A stretch of 63,691 nucleotides of DNA, filler included, from Hyphochytrium catenoides (GCA_900088475.1; 14 parts of 14 records of this genome joined end to end with filler, not necessarily neighbours in it), one strand, 5' to 3'; positions 39,361 to 51,529 are shown, counted from the first letter of the whole stretch. Notes: a model not told the origin generated them from the letters alone. Program-made: numbers and translations.

Positions 39361-42073
39361 CGTGAGAGAGAGAGGAAAGGGGCCAGAGAGAGAAAGAGAG
39401 AGTATGTGTATGTCTACGCGCAGAATCTGAGCCTGCAGATACCGCGACGAAGAAAAGAAAGTGAAGAAATCGCGGTTTTAGATGGCTGAGTCTCTTCTCT
39501 CTCTCTCCTTTGACGCTGACTCCAAAGTGAAAGGAAGGGAGAGAAGTTTCTTGCTCATCCGTCATCAGTTCAAGAGGGATTGCAGGAGATGACAGGATCA
39601 CGTCTCTTTTCTCTCTCTCTGTCTCTCTCTCTCTCGCTCTCTCGCTCTCTCTCTCTGTCTCTCTCTCTCTCTCTATGTCTCTCTCTGTCTCTCTCTTATA
39701 TTTCTTCTCTCTCTTCTCTCTCTCTCTCTCTTCCCTCTGTCCCTCCCTACTGTAATCTCTCTGCATGAGTCCGAAAGATATCCTTTACCGAGAATAAGGA
39801 TGCTCTACAACCTAAATAACACAAAGCCTCAGGTTCGGCTCAATGACTTCGCACTTATATAAGCAGTACTATCGGCCTTGGTCACAGCCACCGAAATTAC
39901 TAGTTTTGTGACCAGCTTTTGTCACCCTCTTGCCGCTTTTGCATCAAAAGTCTATCGTCTGGCTCCTGAACAGGAAGACTGAAGGTTGTCAAGCCTCGGG
40001 ACCAGAAGGCCAAAGCCGTCCGCAGATTATTAACAAGGAAGATCCCTCAGTCGCCTGAAGATCTGTCGGCTCTGCAGATGAGCAGAGCAGGCGCTAGGAT
40101 CTCTTCACAGAGGCGCGGTACATGGTATATGAGCCAGGAAGTTGGGGGCAGAAAGAGACACAAGGCAGCACCTCAGAGCGCATGTACCAAGCAGAAGAGA
40201 TCGAGAAGAAGGTATTTATTTGGCCGATGGGGCGAACAGGCAGAGAAAGAGGTGATGACTGAGAGGGCACCTCTCTCTATCTATCTCTCTTCCTCTCGTT
40301 CATCGTGCCGCCGCACGAGACTCCTGATGTGTGGACGATGCATGGCCACCCATAAACAGTTTAGGCGAGCTGCCCCTTTCATATGTCTAGGTCAGCCCTA
40401 GGCAAGACGGTTCATTATGAAAGCTGCGTGCGGAAGTATTTGCTGGACCTCAAAACATCGTTCGCTCAACTGACTAGCATCGTGGTTCTCTTCTGTGCCA
40501 AGATATCTCATTTCCTATGTCCGTCGCGTAGCACTGATGCTAGGAGCCGTTCGTCTCTTCTGAGAAGGAGTGAAAAGTGTTTTTTTGTTTCCTTTGCCTC
40601 TTGAGCGTTGTCCTTATAGGTAATGACCTATCTCTTCGGTCCTCTGTCTGTCGTCTGGCGATTTAGTCTCTCCTTTTGTATATCTCTCGTCGCCCTCCGT
40701 CGTGCTCTTCTCGGTCGGGCTCTCCGCCGGCCTTCTTGGTCCTTCTCTCGGTCGGCCTTTAGTCTTCTTCTACCGCCAATTCTCAGTGCAAGCAAGTGCC
40801 AAGAGACATATTAGCTAGTTTCATGCAGCAAATAGAATAATCTCCCGCAATAGTCACTCTTCCTTGCATAGAGGTCACAAGGCCGAGAAGAGCACCTAAC
40901 CAACGACACCGACGGCCTGTCTTCTCTCCTTATCTTCTTTGTTTCCTCTCTCTCTTTTCTCTCTCTCCCCCTTCTCTATCTATCTTTCTCCTCTTTTCGT
41001 TCCTCATCCTCTTAACTCTCTCTCTCTCTCTCTCCCACTTAACTAGCCAATATATATGTCCACCCTCTCTCTCTCCTCCTCCATTCAACTCGGCCCTGGT
41101 GGAGTAATCTCCAATCGTCTTTATTGCATTAAGCTCCAGCAGCAGAAGCAGAAGCAAGTGGCATTGACCAGGAATGAGCGCCGCAGTTACTGAAGGAACG
41201 AAAGAATACCCGCGGCTCCGGTGTGCAAACAATGAAAGAAGAGAGAAATTACTCATCTACGAAACGACTTTTTGTCGGAGAAATAGAAGCCGTCTGCCGT
41301 CTATCTTGCTCCTCCTTCGTCTCTCAGTTGTTATTTCTATATCAGTCATTAGCTGGTGGTCGTCTACTTCCTAAACTTTCAGGGTAAAGCCAAAAGAAGA
41401 GAGTATAGTATGCTGTTTTGAATTGAGGTTCATTCATATATTTACTCCTGCGGTCAATCCATGTATAGTGAGACTCTGGATTAACGGAAGAAAGTCGTAT
41501 TATGCTCTTCTTGGCGTGAAAAAAGCAATAATCTTCAGATGCAGTCGTCCTCGGAATAGAATGCAGAAGAGTCAGAGAGTGAGAGAGTGGTTGGCGGGAA
41601 GGAGGAGGAGGAAGAAATAAAGAGGAAGTGTGAACTAACCCATCATCTTTGTTGTCGTTAAACCAAAGAAGAGGAGAGAAGAAGAAGCAGTTCTTCGCTC
41701 GCACAGGTCTGCTATCTATCTTCTAGTGGGAGCAGCACACAAGATGTCGATGATAGAACAAGACGATCCTCCTCCTTCCTCCTTTCAGGAGGAGGAACAG
41801 GCAGCCAGCACGGCGATGATGATGGCGGCAGAGTTGAGGAAACCCAATAAATCTGTCTATAACAACCGGGAAATGGTAGGCGATTTGATAGTTCTACTAC
41901 CACCCACATAATGTTTCTTTATATATTGCCGTGCAGCGCAAAGACCTCTCCACACGGATCATAAGGGAGTGATGGTCCCGTCCCAGTCTCACGTTTTTTG
42001 CGATGTGGGTGGGGAGAAGAAGGATGATGTGCAGTGATCCATGACGTCTTCAAGAGTCATGAGGGAACCTGGA

Positions 42074-42825
42074 TCATAAAATGGTGCCGTGCGACTTGAT
42101 GAGTTTGGACCCCGCCCTCAGTTGGCCAAATCCGACTGCTACAGTAGTAGATCTTCTACTACTGGTCCTGAAAGCTGTGGTAACATAACGTACGAGAAAA
42201 TTGAAGTTACCCTGCGGCTGTGCGGTTTGATCAGTGTTGGGCCGCTCACCTTCTGCTGACTGCAAACTAACAGAAATTGCCGCTAATGGCCATTGGTCCG
42301 TCAATTTGGTCCATTCTGACGCAGAATGTGATGAGCTGTCCAGTTCCAAAGTTGATGTTGAGACAGCTGTAGAACTGCCGTCCAAAGCTAGTCAATGAGA
42401 TACGCACGAAAGATTCGCAACAAGATACAAGTACAACCAGCCTCAGGATGGCAGGATGGATGGCCAGGATTATCTTGGCAGTGCGGGTAACAAGCTAGTT
42501 ATACTTACTATCAGCAAAGCTGACTGCAAAACTGAGAATGAGTTTCAGGTTTATCTTACGTTAGCCGCTATCACTGACTTTATCAGAATGTGATCAAGCC
42601 TCACCACTCTAGATCTATCAGATCTATCACAGTCTGATTTGCCAAAGTGACGGGTCCAAACTGATCCTCAAAACGTTTGGTGGGTGGACTGAGAAGACTC
42701 CGAGATGCATCGTGATTGGCCATAGTGGCCTCATCAGAAAGAAGTAGTAGGAATGCTAGCATCATTACTGGCAAAAACGGGTTTCGTCCGATTCTCAAGG
42801 TGCTACCCGCTCTATTTGGTAGCAT
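42074..42825 (-). pseudogene. Decayed secreted-protein fragments resembling the pro-region of the 45354 prepropeptide
   Basis: Hydrophobic MMLAFLLLLS start and RSLL; RFEDQFGPVTLANQTV resembles QLEGQFNP...VALDNPTV; ALDGSSTAVSTSTLE resembles ALDNPTVSSAQALE; interrupted by stops. Confidence 0.45.
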
Positions 42826-43272
42826 GTTACCCCTGCCCGTGCTACTCGTACTAGCAAAAAATTCTGGATGGGAACCACCCTAAGACCCTCGGCCCAATGT
42901 TATCTAGTGGGTTCCAAGCTGGTGCTACGTCATCTTGCCGTCAGGGGAGGTCTCGTAGTTCTACAGCGTGCGAGCAGTCACTTTATCAGGTATAGTAATA
43001 CGTTCCGTCCTAGGCAACCCGCAACTGGAGGTCGCATGGAAGGAATAATCCCGCGATCTGTTGGGGAAAGTATGAAACAAATGTGTTGGTTGTCCAAAGG
43101 TAGTTAGTTCCCTATCCATCATACGGGGGTTCGTAACAATGGTCCTTCTTGCTGACACTTATTTTCAGACAACACGCAGATCATTACCGCTTTAGATTTA
43201 TTGTTGTTTTAGAACTCTGTAGAACTAGAATGGCTAAAACCAGGATCGAAGGATCTCCAAACTCTGGAATGA

Positions 43273-43920
43273 GTCAAGAACGACAGAACCTCCGCCCAAC
43301 TACCGTCTTACGTCATAGTTGGCCTTGTATTATGGAGCTACGACTCCGTATTTTACTACTCTTTCAGGACAAGAAGAGACAATTTACCGTTTTACGTTAT
43401 AGAGCTGGCCTTGTAGAAGTTCTACTGACGAGCTATGACTTCATTTTTTCCATTAAAACGTTTAAGAGTACTTTTGTCTAGTTCTGTAGGCTACTATTTC
43501 AAGACAAGAAGAGTCAATCTACCGTTTTACGTCATAGAGCTGGGCCCGTCGTACTGTCGGCCTATGGCTCCGCACTAGTTTTTCACTAGAAATATTCAGG
43601 AGTAGTAGTTCTATTTAGTTCTGTAAACTATTATTTCAAGACAAGAAGAGTCAATCTACCGTTTTACGTCGTTATAGAGCTGGCCTTGTACTGTCGACCC
43701 AAGACTACGCACTAATTTTTCATGTGAAAACTTCATTAGTAGTTCTATTTAGTACTGTAGACTACTATTGCAAGTCAAGAAGAGACAATCTACCGTTTTA
43801 CGTTATAGAGCTGGCCCTGTACTGTCCATCAAGACTACGCACTAATTTTTCATGTGAAACATTCAGGAATAGTTCTATTTAGCACTGTATAAGTAGACTA
43901 CTGTTGCAAGTCAAGAAGAG
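43273..43920. repeat. Degenerate tandem repeat, ~135-bp unit, 4 full copies plus partial copies
   Basis: AAGAAGAG anchor at 43371, 43506, 43643, 43777 and 43913 (periods 135, 137, 134, 136); truncated copy from about 43273. Confidence 0.93.
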
Positions 43921-45353
43921 AATAGACTATGCACGCCGAAAATAAAAGCGAAACAGGTGAAATAACCCGCAGGCCAGGTCAATTATTTGGCCTTCTTAGT
44001 AGTAGTTCTACTTTGGACTTCTGTTGGACGCCCAAGATGAGAAAAGAGAAAGAGGTGACATCACTAGCAGGCCAGCAGTAAAAAAGAAAAAGCAAGGAAG
44101 CCGGGCATTTCCACCCGGCCAGCGAATGCTATGTCGTATGCTCTTATCCTAACCCTACAGTCGAATATATAACCTGATGACTACGCTCACATTCACTAAT
44201 AATGAATGCTAATGAAGTTATCCCTTCGTAGGAAATTTCCACATAAGTTCTACTCTGTTTCGGCCGGCATGTCATCAGGTAGCCGCTGTGTCAGCAGACC
44301 ACCACTTTTGGTGGGTCTGTTCTTCTCAGACTCTTAACGACCTGATGGCCAATTCTTTAGGTTGAAGGATGTCATTGTTCTAGCAACTACTACTGCTCAG
44401 ATTAGAAAACGAGGAAGAGGAAGAAGAGGAAGAAGGAGATAGGAGAAGAGACAAGCACTGACTCGTGAAATAGTAGTCTTGGTCTTTTTGTCTTTCTCTA
44501 CCTCTTCTTCTATTCATTAACAGAGAAAGATCATAATAGTAGTTCTAGTATGCTCTTCTCCAGAGATAATAACGTTGGAAGAGGAAGGACGAGTACAAAA
44601 GACACCAAACAAAGGCATCATCTCTTCTACTCTTATGGACCGGGCGAAGCAGCAAAAAACGAACGGTCCAACTGCGAGAGAGGAGCCTGATGTGCCTTCC
44701 TCTCATGCATACATAGCCAAAGAGCATGGGGTTCGGAGACGGCGTAAAGCCATCGTTAATATTCGACGTCAGTGGTCATGCCGAGAAGCATCAACCTAGC
44801 TAAAGAGCAATCAAAGTGACGCTTCACAAGCCGCTCCCACGCAGTCAAGGACACGGACATCATAGTCCCTCTCCTCGCCCACGACCCAAACTAGCGGGAT
44901 CAGATGCAACCCTACAGGTTTCTTACAGTTTGCCTTATAGCCTTATTGCGTGCGTTATATTAGCATCATACTCAGACAAACGACCCTGATAGCCGGCACG
45001 GACTAGTGCATCAGAGAGAGCTTTTGCTTGTAGCGAGTCCGTGATGATGAAGGACACATCAAAGACTGTGTGCTGATAAATAAGAAGTAGTAGTTGAGAA
45101 GCCACAACATAGGAGTGATGCTACTTCTTCTGTCGTCGTATGCCCCAAAAGAGTCTGAACTTGGAAGGAATAATCAGTAGGAGAAGACACAGCGATTGCT
45201 GATGATGATGGGCTAGAAGGAACGATGAGGAATGTCCCAGGTTCTTTCAGTCTTGAATTTTCAACGCAACCCCTAACCCCTTTCCAACGCCTGTCGAAGC
45301 GTCTGACCAATACGGCGCAATCTTGCAGCAGCCCTTCTCTGCTTAAGTTCTAC

Positions 45354-45935
45354 ATGATGACGTCAATCCAACGCTTCGTCACTGCAGGAGTGGTGGCTCT
45401 CCTTTGCTCATTATCAGCTCCCTCTGCTCTGGCTACCGGCACTGCGGGACAACTGGAAGGCCAGTTCAACCCTATAGTAGAAGTTGGGACAGTGGCCTTG
45501 GACAATCCGACCGTCTCCTCAGCGCAAGCTCTCGAATCAACCTTGCCAGATCGGAAACTTCTCCTCGTGGATGACGAACTAAACCAATCCAGCGACGCCC
45601 ATCAGCAACGGGAAGGAGGGGAAGAGGAAGGCGCACTTTCCCTGGTTCAAGGTGGAGAAGATATCGAAGAGGAGGAGCAACAAGGAGCGAACCGTCACCT
45701 TCGTCGACGCCTTCAACAAGTGACACTGAATTGTAAATCAGCCAGCGAAAGAAAGAGAGCGTGCGTTAGGATGGTGGGATCAGGGTGGGTGCCTAACAAC
45801 TATGATTCAAGCTTTAGAAGTACTGGCTGTCCGCTTCCAAACAGAGACTACGCTCAATATGCAGGGATTTCTGTTAGATGTAAAGACGTTAAGGGTTATT
45901 ACAGGCCGACGTTAATCTGTTGCCATTCTCCCTAA
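45354..45935 (+). CDS. Intronless secreted prepropeptide (193 aa) with C-terminal cationic six-cysteine peptide
   Basis: Signal peptide MMTSIQRFVTAGVVALLCSLSAPSALA, acidic pro-region, RKL and RHLRRRL sites, C-terminal C-x9-C-x21-C-x16-C-x12-CC. Confidence 0.8.
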   Translation: MMTSIQRFVTAGVVALLCSLSAPSALATGTAGQLEGQFNPIVEVGTVALDNPTVSSAQALESTLPDRKLLLVDDELNQSSDAHQQREGGEEEGALSLVQGGEDIEEEEQQGANRHLRRRLQQVTLNCKSASERKRACVRMVGSGWVPNNYDSSFRSTGCPLPNRDYAQYAGISVRCKDVKGYYRPTLICCHSP

Positions 45936-47382
45936 CGGAGTCATAATGTTAAGCGCCACTGCCGCCTCCGCCTCCTGGTTCTCCATCTGCTAACGTCAGC
46001 GAAGCTTCCTCTTCTTTCTCATGGTGCTTTTGCCTTCCCTCGTGTGCTTCTAATAACCATAATAACTCTCTTCACAGAGGTAGAAGATAGTCAGATGAGT
46101 TCTCTATAAGGCTCTCTACTTTCCTCCTCCTGCTGGCGGCCCTCTGTCCTCCTCTGAACTCTAAGAAATGAGCAAACTTCCGACGTAGATAGAGGACGAC
46201 TGTTCTGGCTTGCTAGCTTGGAGGATAGTGACGGACGCGAGCTGGGTAGTATAAGCTTGAGGTGCCAGAAGTCCTGGTCAAAGTAGCCGTACGATGGGTC
46301 ATAACCAATTCATTCATCGTCACCAAGGTCAGGAGCAGAAGCACAACGAAGTCAGGGATCCATGCCTTGTCCTCTCTGACTAGTAGCCGCAGCAGCGCTC
46401 AGCTATTGCCTTCTTCCGTGTACATCGCTTCTGACTTTCAATAGACAATGATGATAATGGAAGAGATGCCTTCTTCTTGAGAGCTCTAGGAGCGCCACAT
46501 GCTGAGCATGATAGACCGCAACTCGCTATGAAAAATGGTGGAAGAAGAACGTTCTTTCATCACAAGGAGCCGAAAAAGAGTGGAGCTCGCGTTAATGCTT
46601 AACCTTAACAGCCAGGCCGCTAACTCTCGTCCTTCAGAGAAGGAAATGCAGTGAAGATCTGCAGCAGAAGGAGCGCGCCCAGTCGCTTTGAGTCTAACCT
46701 AGCTTGACTTCTTGGTATGATAAAGCTTGTGGTTGAATTGAGATACGAAGACAGAGATGACGGATGGAATGCGACGATGTCCTAGCTATGATCGCAAGGA
46801 AAGAGGACTCTCGGTTCATCATTCTTCTCCGGCCTTGGGGCAGAAGAGAAGCAGCTAGTGGTCGGGACACATCTACCACGTAGAGATCTAGAAGTACGGG
46901 CTGCCGGCTTGGCGGATGAGTGGAAGAAGAGGACAGAAAGAAGTGGCGACGACGGCCGGGATGCTCTCTCTTGAATTAGCTGCGAAGAAAGGCTGGCTAG
47001 CTGCCTCAACAACTAACTATTTGGATGACTCTCTCCTCTTTGCGTCAGCATTCTCTCTCTGGCTATGATGCCCAGCCGCGGCGCAGGTCTGAGGCTCTTT
47101 ACTTCTTGCGCTCTCAGCAGCCGTCAGTCTTTAAAAACGAAGAAAGAGAAAGAGGGAGAGAGAGAGGGAGAGAGAGAGAGAGAGAGAGAAAGAAAGGCAT
47201 CTGTCTTTCTAAGGAAGAAGAAGACGTTGTCCAAGCGGGGATTGTTCTTTTTTCTCCTAAGGATCCTGACGTACACCTTCTCCTGTCCTCTGTCTTTCGT
47301 TCTGCGACCGATTCCTCTCTCTCTTTTTTCTCCTCTGTTAACTTCTTGTCTGCGTCTGCTGGGGCTCGTCGATAATGCAAGG

Positions 47383-47482
47383 NNNNNNNNNNNNNNNNNN
47401 NNNNNNNNNNNNNNNNNNNNNNNNNNTTAATTAATTAANNNNNNNNNNNNNNNNNNNNNNNNNNNNNNNNNNNNNNNNNNNN
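47383..47482. other. Artificial scaffold-joining spacer
   Basis: N44-TTAATTAATTAA-N44. Confidence 0.97.
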
Positions 47483-48700
47483 GCCTCCACTTCTGGTGGC
47501 TAGACTTTTATTGGTGTGAGTGTACCTATCCATCAGCGCCACCTTGTAAGGAGGACACGGTGGGAATGTCAGCACTTGATAAGGGCAGTTTTCAACTAAG
47601 ACACTACGTTCCGGACTGAGACCTGAGTGCCTAATGGAGGGAGCCAAGAGAGCCGGGCTATCAAATAGAAACTCTCTTACCAAGTCTTTCGCGTTCTGCA
47701 TCAGAGCGCTGAGATCGTTCATAGACTCGCCTACCAAAGCCTTCTCCTCCTCCATCTCCCGCTTCTTTCGGTCAAGAATACCTGCAATACCTACAGTAAG
47801 AGAGACAAACGAGGGGTCAAATCAACCGAGCTGCAGCGGATGCAATTGCGAGCAGAAGGAAACGTAGGATCTAGTCCTCCGTACAGCCAGGAGATAGTAG
47901 AACAAAAAGAGCACGTAAGAATCTTCATGAAGTCGCAGTTCCGCGGAGAGAAAGGATTAGGTTAAAACTGATCTCATAGTCTGGACAGAATGACGTAGTA
48001 CTTTGAAAGCAGGCGGCAGGCTAAGGATGAATGACTTGTGGCGGTATAAACAACATGGCTGACCGCATAAGAAGTCCCAGGAGTCTACGCTACGAACGAA
48101 GGAGCACAGAGCTGGGAAGATAGGCGGAGACATCGCGCACGACGAAGTTAGACCTACCATAGCCTGCTGGAGCGGCGGGCGCAGCAGTTGTCACTGCGTT
48201 ATTGCCATGTTGCAGGACACGCTTATCCCCAAATCTGCTGGGACCAACATCTACCCACGCTCGCCGCTGCAGAGCCAACGTCAGAGGCTCCTGAAACTCC
48301 CTAGATCCTTTTTCCTTGAAAGAGAACTGGCAAAAGAAAAGAAACAACGGAGACATCGCAAGAGAGGTTAGTCGTCGAGAGATGGTCCTTTAGTGAGCAA
48401 CAAGGGCAAAAGCAGACAGTGACGGACTCTCAGAGGCAAAACAATCGATTCACAGTGCGATGATGCACTGTAGGTGAGGTCTCCAGGTGCAACAGTGCGT
48501 GAAGCTGAAGATGAACCTTGATAGTGCCGTTCCTCGTGCCGCTCAGGTTGACCATCAATCGGAGCTTCGGCGACCGCCTTTATGGCAGAGATGCGACAAA
48601 TCAGATTAAGGAACAGATCTCTATGAAGATGGGTGAATGTTAAGCCACAGTAGAGGCGAGCACAGACGGGAGCGACGAACCAGAAGACCGCAGGAGGATC
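47483..48700 (-). CDS. VPS36: ESCRT-II subunit Vps36, internal fragment
   Basis: Exons give RSPKLRL...IK|FSFKEKGSREFQEPLTLALQRRAW...|VGIAGILDRKKREMEEEKALVGESMNDLSALMQNAKDL|VALMDRY, the GLUE-domain end plus the following helical segment. Confidence 0.85.
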
Positions 48701-48800
48701 NNNNNNNNNNNNNNNNNNNNNNNNNNNNNNNNNNNNNNNNNNNNTTAATTAATTAANNNNNNNNNNNNNNNNNNNNNNNNNNNNNNNNNNNNNNNNNNNN
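48701..48800. other. Artificial scaffold-joining spacer
   Basis: N44-TTAATTAATTAA-N44. Confidence 0.97.
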
Positions 48801-49907
48801 TTTTGATACAGCGAAGTCGTCTCGATCTCCTTAGTAATAATAAGGGGAGGAGAAGGAGGAGGAGGTGAACCACCAACCACAATGTCATCACCATCAAGCT
48901 CGACCGCCGCGAGGCAAACAAGAGAACGGTCCACCAGCTGCTCATTTATTTACTCTAGTAGATCTCTCTCTCTCTTCCATAGAGTTATAGATGCTCTGCC
49001 TTATTCATCAATGTTGCCAGCGTCGTGCAGCAATAAATTATTTTGGTCCTGACCCGCGTATGCACAGTGCCCATCATTTCGTAGTTCTATGGGGAGCAGT
49101 AGTGATGCAACTATGCAATCTTCTGCTAGGAACATTCCAGTGTAACGAGACTTCTTTATTGTCGATCTCACCATCATTATATCCTATCATTACCACTGAG
49201 GTTGTGATTGTTCCTTTACTAATGATGAGCGTGGGGCAGATCGAGCTGAGGACGAGAAGACGAAGAAGGCTTTATAATAGCTTTGCTTGTCTCTTCTTCC
49301 TCTTCTTTGCTCTTTCGTCTTCTTCTCCTCTTCTTCATCCTTCTTCTTCTTCTTTCACTTCTTCTTTATAAAAGTTCGTTATAGTAGTAGCTATTCTATT
49401 ATCCCTATTATTCCAAAAAAGCGCATTTTCCTTCTATTCCAGCAATAAATCAATCACTACGAGTAGACTATAATTGTAAGTCAACAACATCACCTCGTAG
49501 TAATCTCTGCTAATTGTTGGAAGTTGGAAGCCAGCCCAGCCCAGCTGCTGGCTTTCTGGCCTTGTCCACCAGTAATCATCATGATCTCAAAGCGGTAACT
49601 GGTTATGGATCAGAAATAAATCAGAGTAACGCCCCGCAATGTCCAGACGGTCCAGACTCCAGACAAAAGCAGAAACGAAGAAGCTTACAAAGGACATTTC
49701 AGACTTTTTCTGCTGCTGAGATGGAGACGGAGATCACGGATGCGAACTCGATAATATCTCTCGGTACTCTTTTTCTGTAAGATCATTCTTAATGTCTCAG
49801 GGGAGGCTGCGATGTTTGGCGCCTTTCCAGCCATTACAGCAGCTCATCACCCGAGGAGCTGCGGCTACTGAGGTGGAGGTCCCGACGAGGACGAGACTAC
49901 TCCTGGG

Positions 49908-50259
49908 ATGGTCGAAGACGTCTCTCTGGGGAGCGAAGTGCCAGGTATAGAGAGTAGGAACAAGCTTGATGAAGAGAATGGAGGCACGACGGCAGATAGA
50001 GGGACTAGGATACCCAATGAAGGTACTTTTACTTGTGAAAACCAAGCCATGTCGGTAGCCACTGCGCTAAGAGGGACTATACTCGTAGCCGAAGAAGAGG
50101 GAGAGGGCCAGGGACTACAAAGCCGGCTACTAGCTGCCACCGTAGCGGCAGATTGCGTGAATGAAGTCCTTGGCAAGCTTGAGAATCTTTCTAAACCTAA
50201 GCAACCAAACGCTTTGGATCCGGCTAGTCCCGCACCAGCGCCGCAATCACGTGAGGTGT
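49908..50259 (+). CDS. Hypothetical protein fragment
   Basis: Non-repetitive open frame running into the scaffold end; no recognised motif. Confidence 0.3.
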
Positions 50260-50359
50260 NNNNNNNNNNNNNNNNNNNNNNNNNNNNNNNNNNNNNNNNN
50301 NNNTTAATTAATTAANNNNNNNNNNNNNNNNNNNNNNNNNNNNNNNNNNNNNNNNNNNN
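50260..50359. other. Artificial scaffold-joining spacer
   Basis: N44-TTAATTAATTAA-N44. Confidence 0.97.
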
Positions 50360-50925
50360 CTCTCTCTTTCTCTCTCTCCTCTTCTCCTTTCAGTTTAGTG
50401 CTAGCCCTTCATCACTCCTTGAAGAAGGACCCTTTAGAAGCTAATTCCCCTCTTGTTCAAGCCCAACCATGACAGAGGAGGCACTGTTCAGGCAATATCT
50501 CTTTCTCTCTCTCTCTCCCTCTGTCTCTCTCTCTGTGTCTCTGTGCATCCAAAGGCTTCAGATCTGGCTCTTCTCACTGTGTTCCAGGACCCTCCTCAGG
50601 ATTGTCATCTTACCTTCTTGACCATCGCAGAAGGGTCATCCCTTCCTACCCCACAAAAAGCGCGTTGACGTCCACTCTTTCCTCTTCGTTCCCTCCACTC
50701 TTCTCTCTCTCTCTCCCCTCTTTCTCACTGTCCCACTTTGTTTATACTCACTTCTTGGGCAATCTCTCTCTCTTGCTCTCTCCCTCTCTCTCCACTCTGT
50801 CTGTCTCTTTCTCTCCCATCCTCTCTTTTTCCCTCCCCTCTCACTTCAACCAACATTCACAGAAAATGGACCTCAAACGGCAATTGTAACGACAGAGAGA
50901 TCCACCCTCCTTGGTGGACAAGGAG

Positions 50926-50981
<56 letters not shown>

Positions 50982-51163
50982 AAGAGAGAGAGAAACAGGG
51001 AGAGGTCCTGGACGCTTTGATGGCTGAAGGTTCAAGGCTGTCCCATCTCTTCTTTCCATTCCTTCATCATCCTCACCTACGTTTTATGTCCATCTCCGAC
51101 ACCATCATTCGGACGAAAAAGGAGAGAGACGAGAGAGAACGAGAGAGGCAGAGAGAGAGAGAG

Positions 51164-51220
<57 letters not shown>

Positions 51221-51411
51221 TACAAGGAGGCACAGTGGAAGGGCAAAGCTACAAAGGAAACAAGAAAGATGTGGACATAGTCGTTAGAGTTCTAGGATTG
51301 AGGAGGAGAGAAGAGACTCGGAGATAACAGGCTAGACCAAACCGACAGAGAGAAAGAGAGAGAAAGGGAGAGAGAAAGGGAGAGAGAAAGGGAGAGAGAA
51401 AGAGAAAGAGA

Positions 51412-51445
<34 letters not shown>

Positions 51446-51490
51446 AAGCGAGAGAGAGAGAGAAAGAGAGAGAGGAGAGAGAGAGAGAGA

Positions 51491-51529
<39 letters not shown>

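Noticed and set aside
43149-43481. 110-aa ORF overlapping the 135-bp array
   Set aside because: Repeat periods do not preserve frame and the other copies contain stops
43273-43920. CRISPR array
   Set aside because: Inter-core segments are homologous to one another rather than unique spacers, the unit is too long, no cas genes are present and the context is eukaryotic
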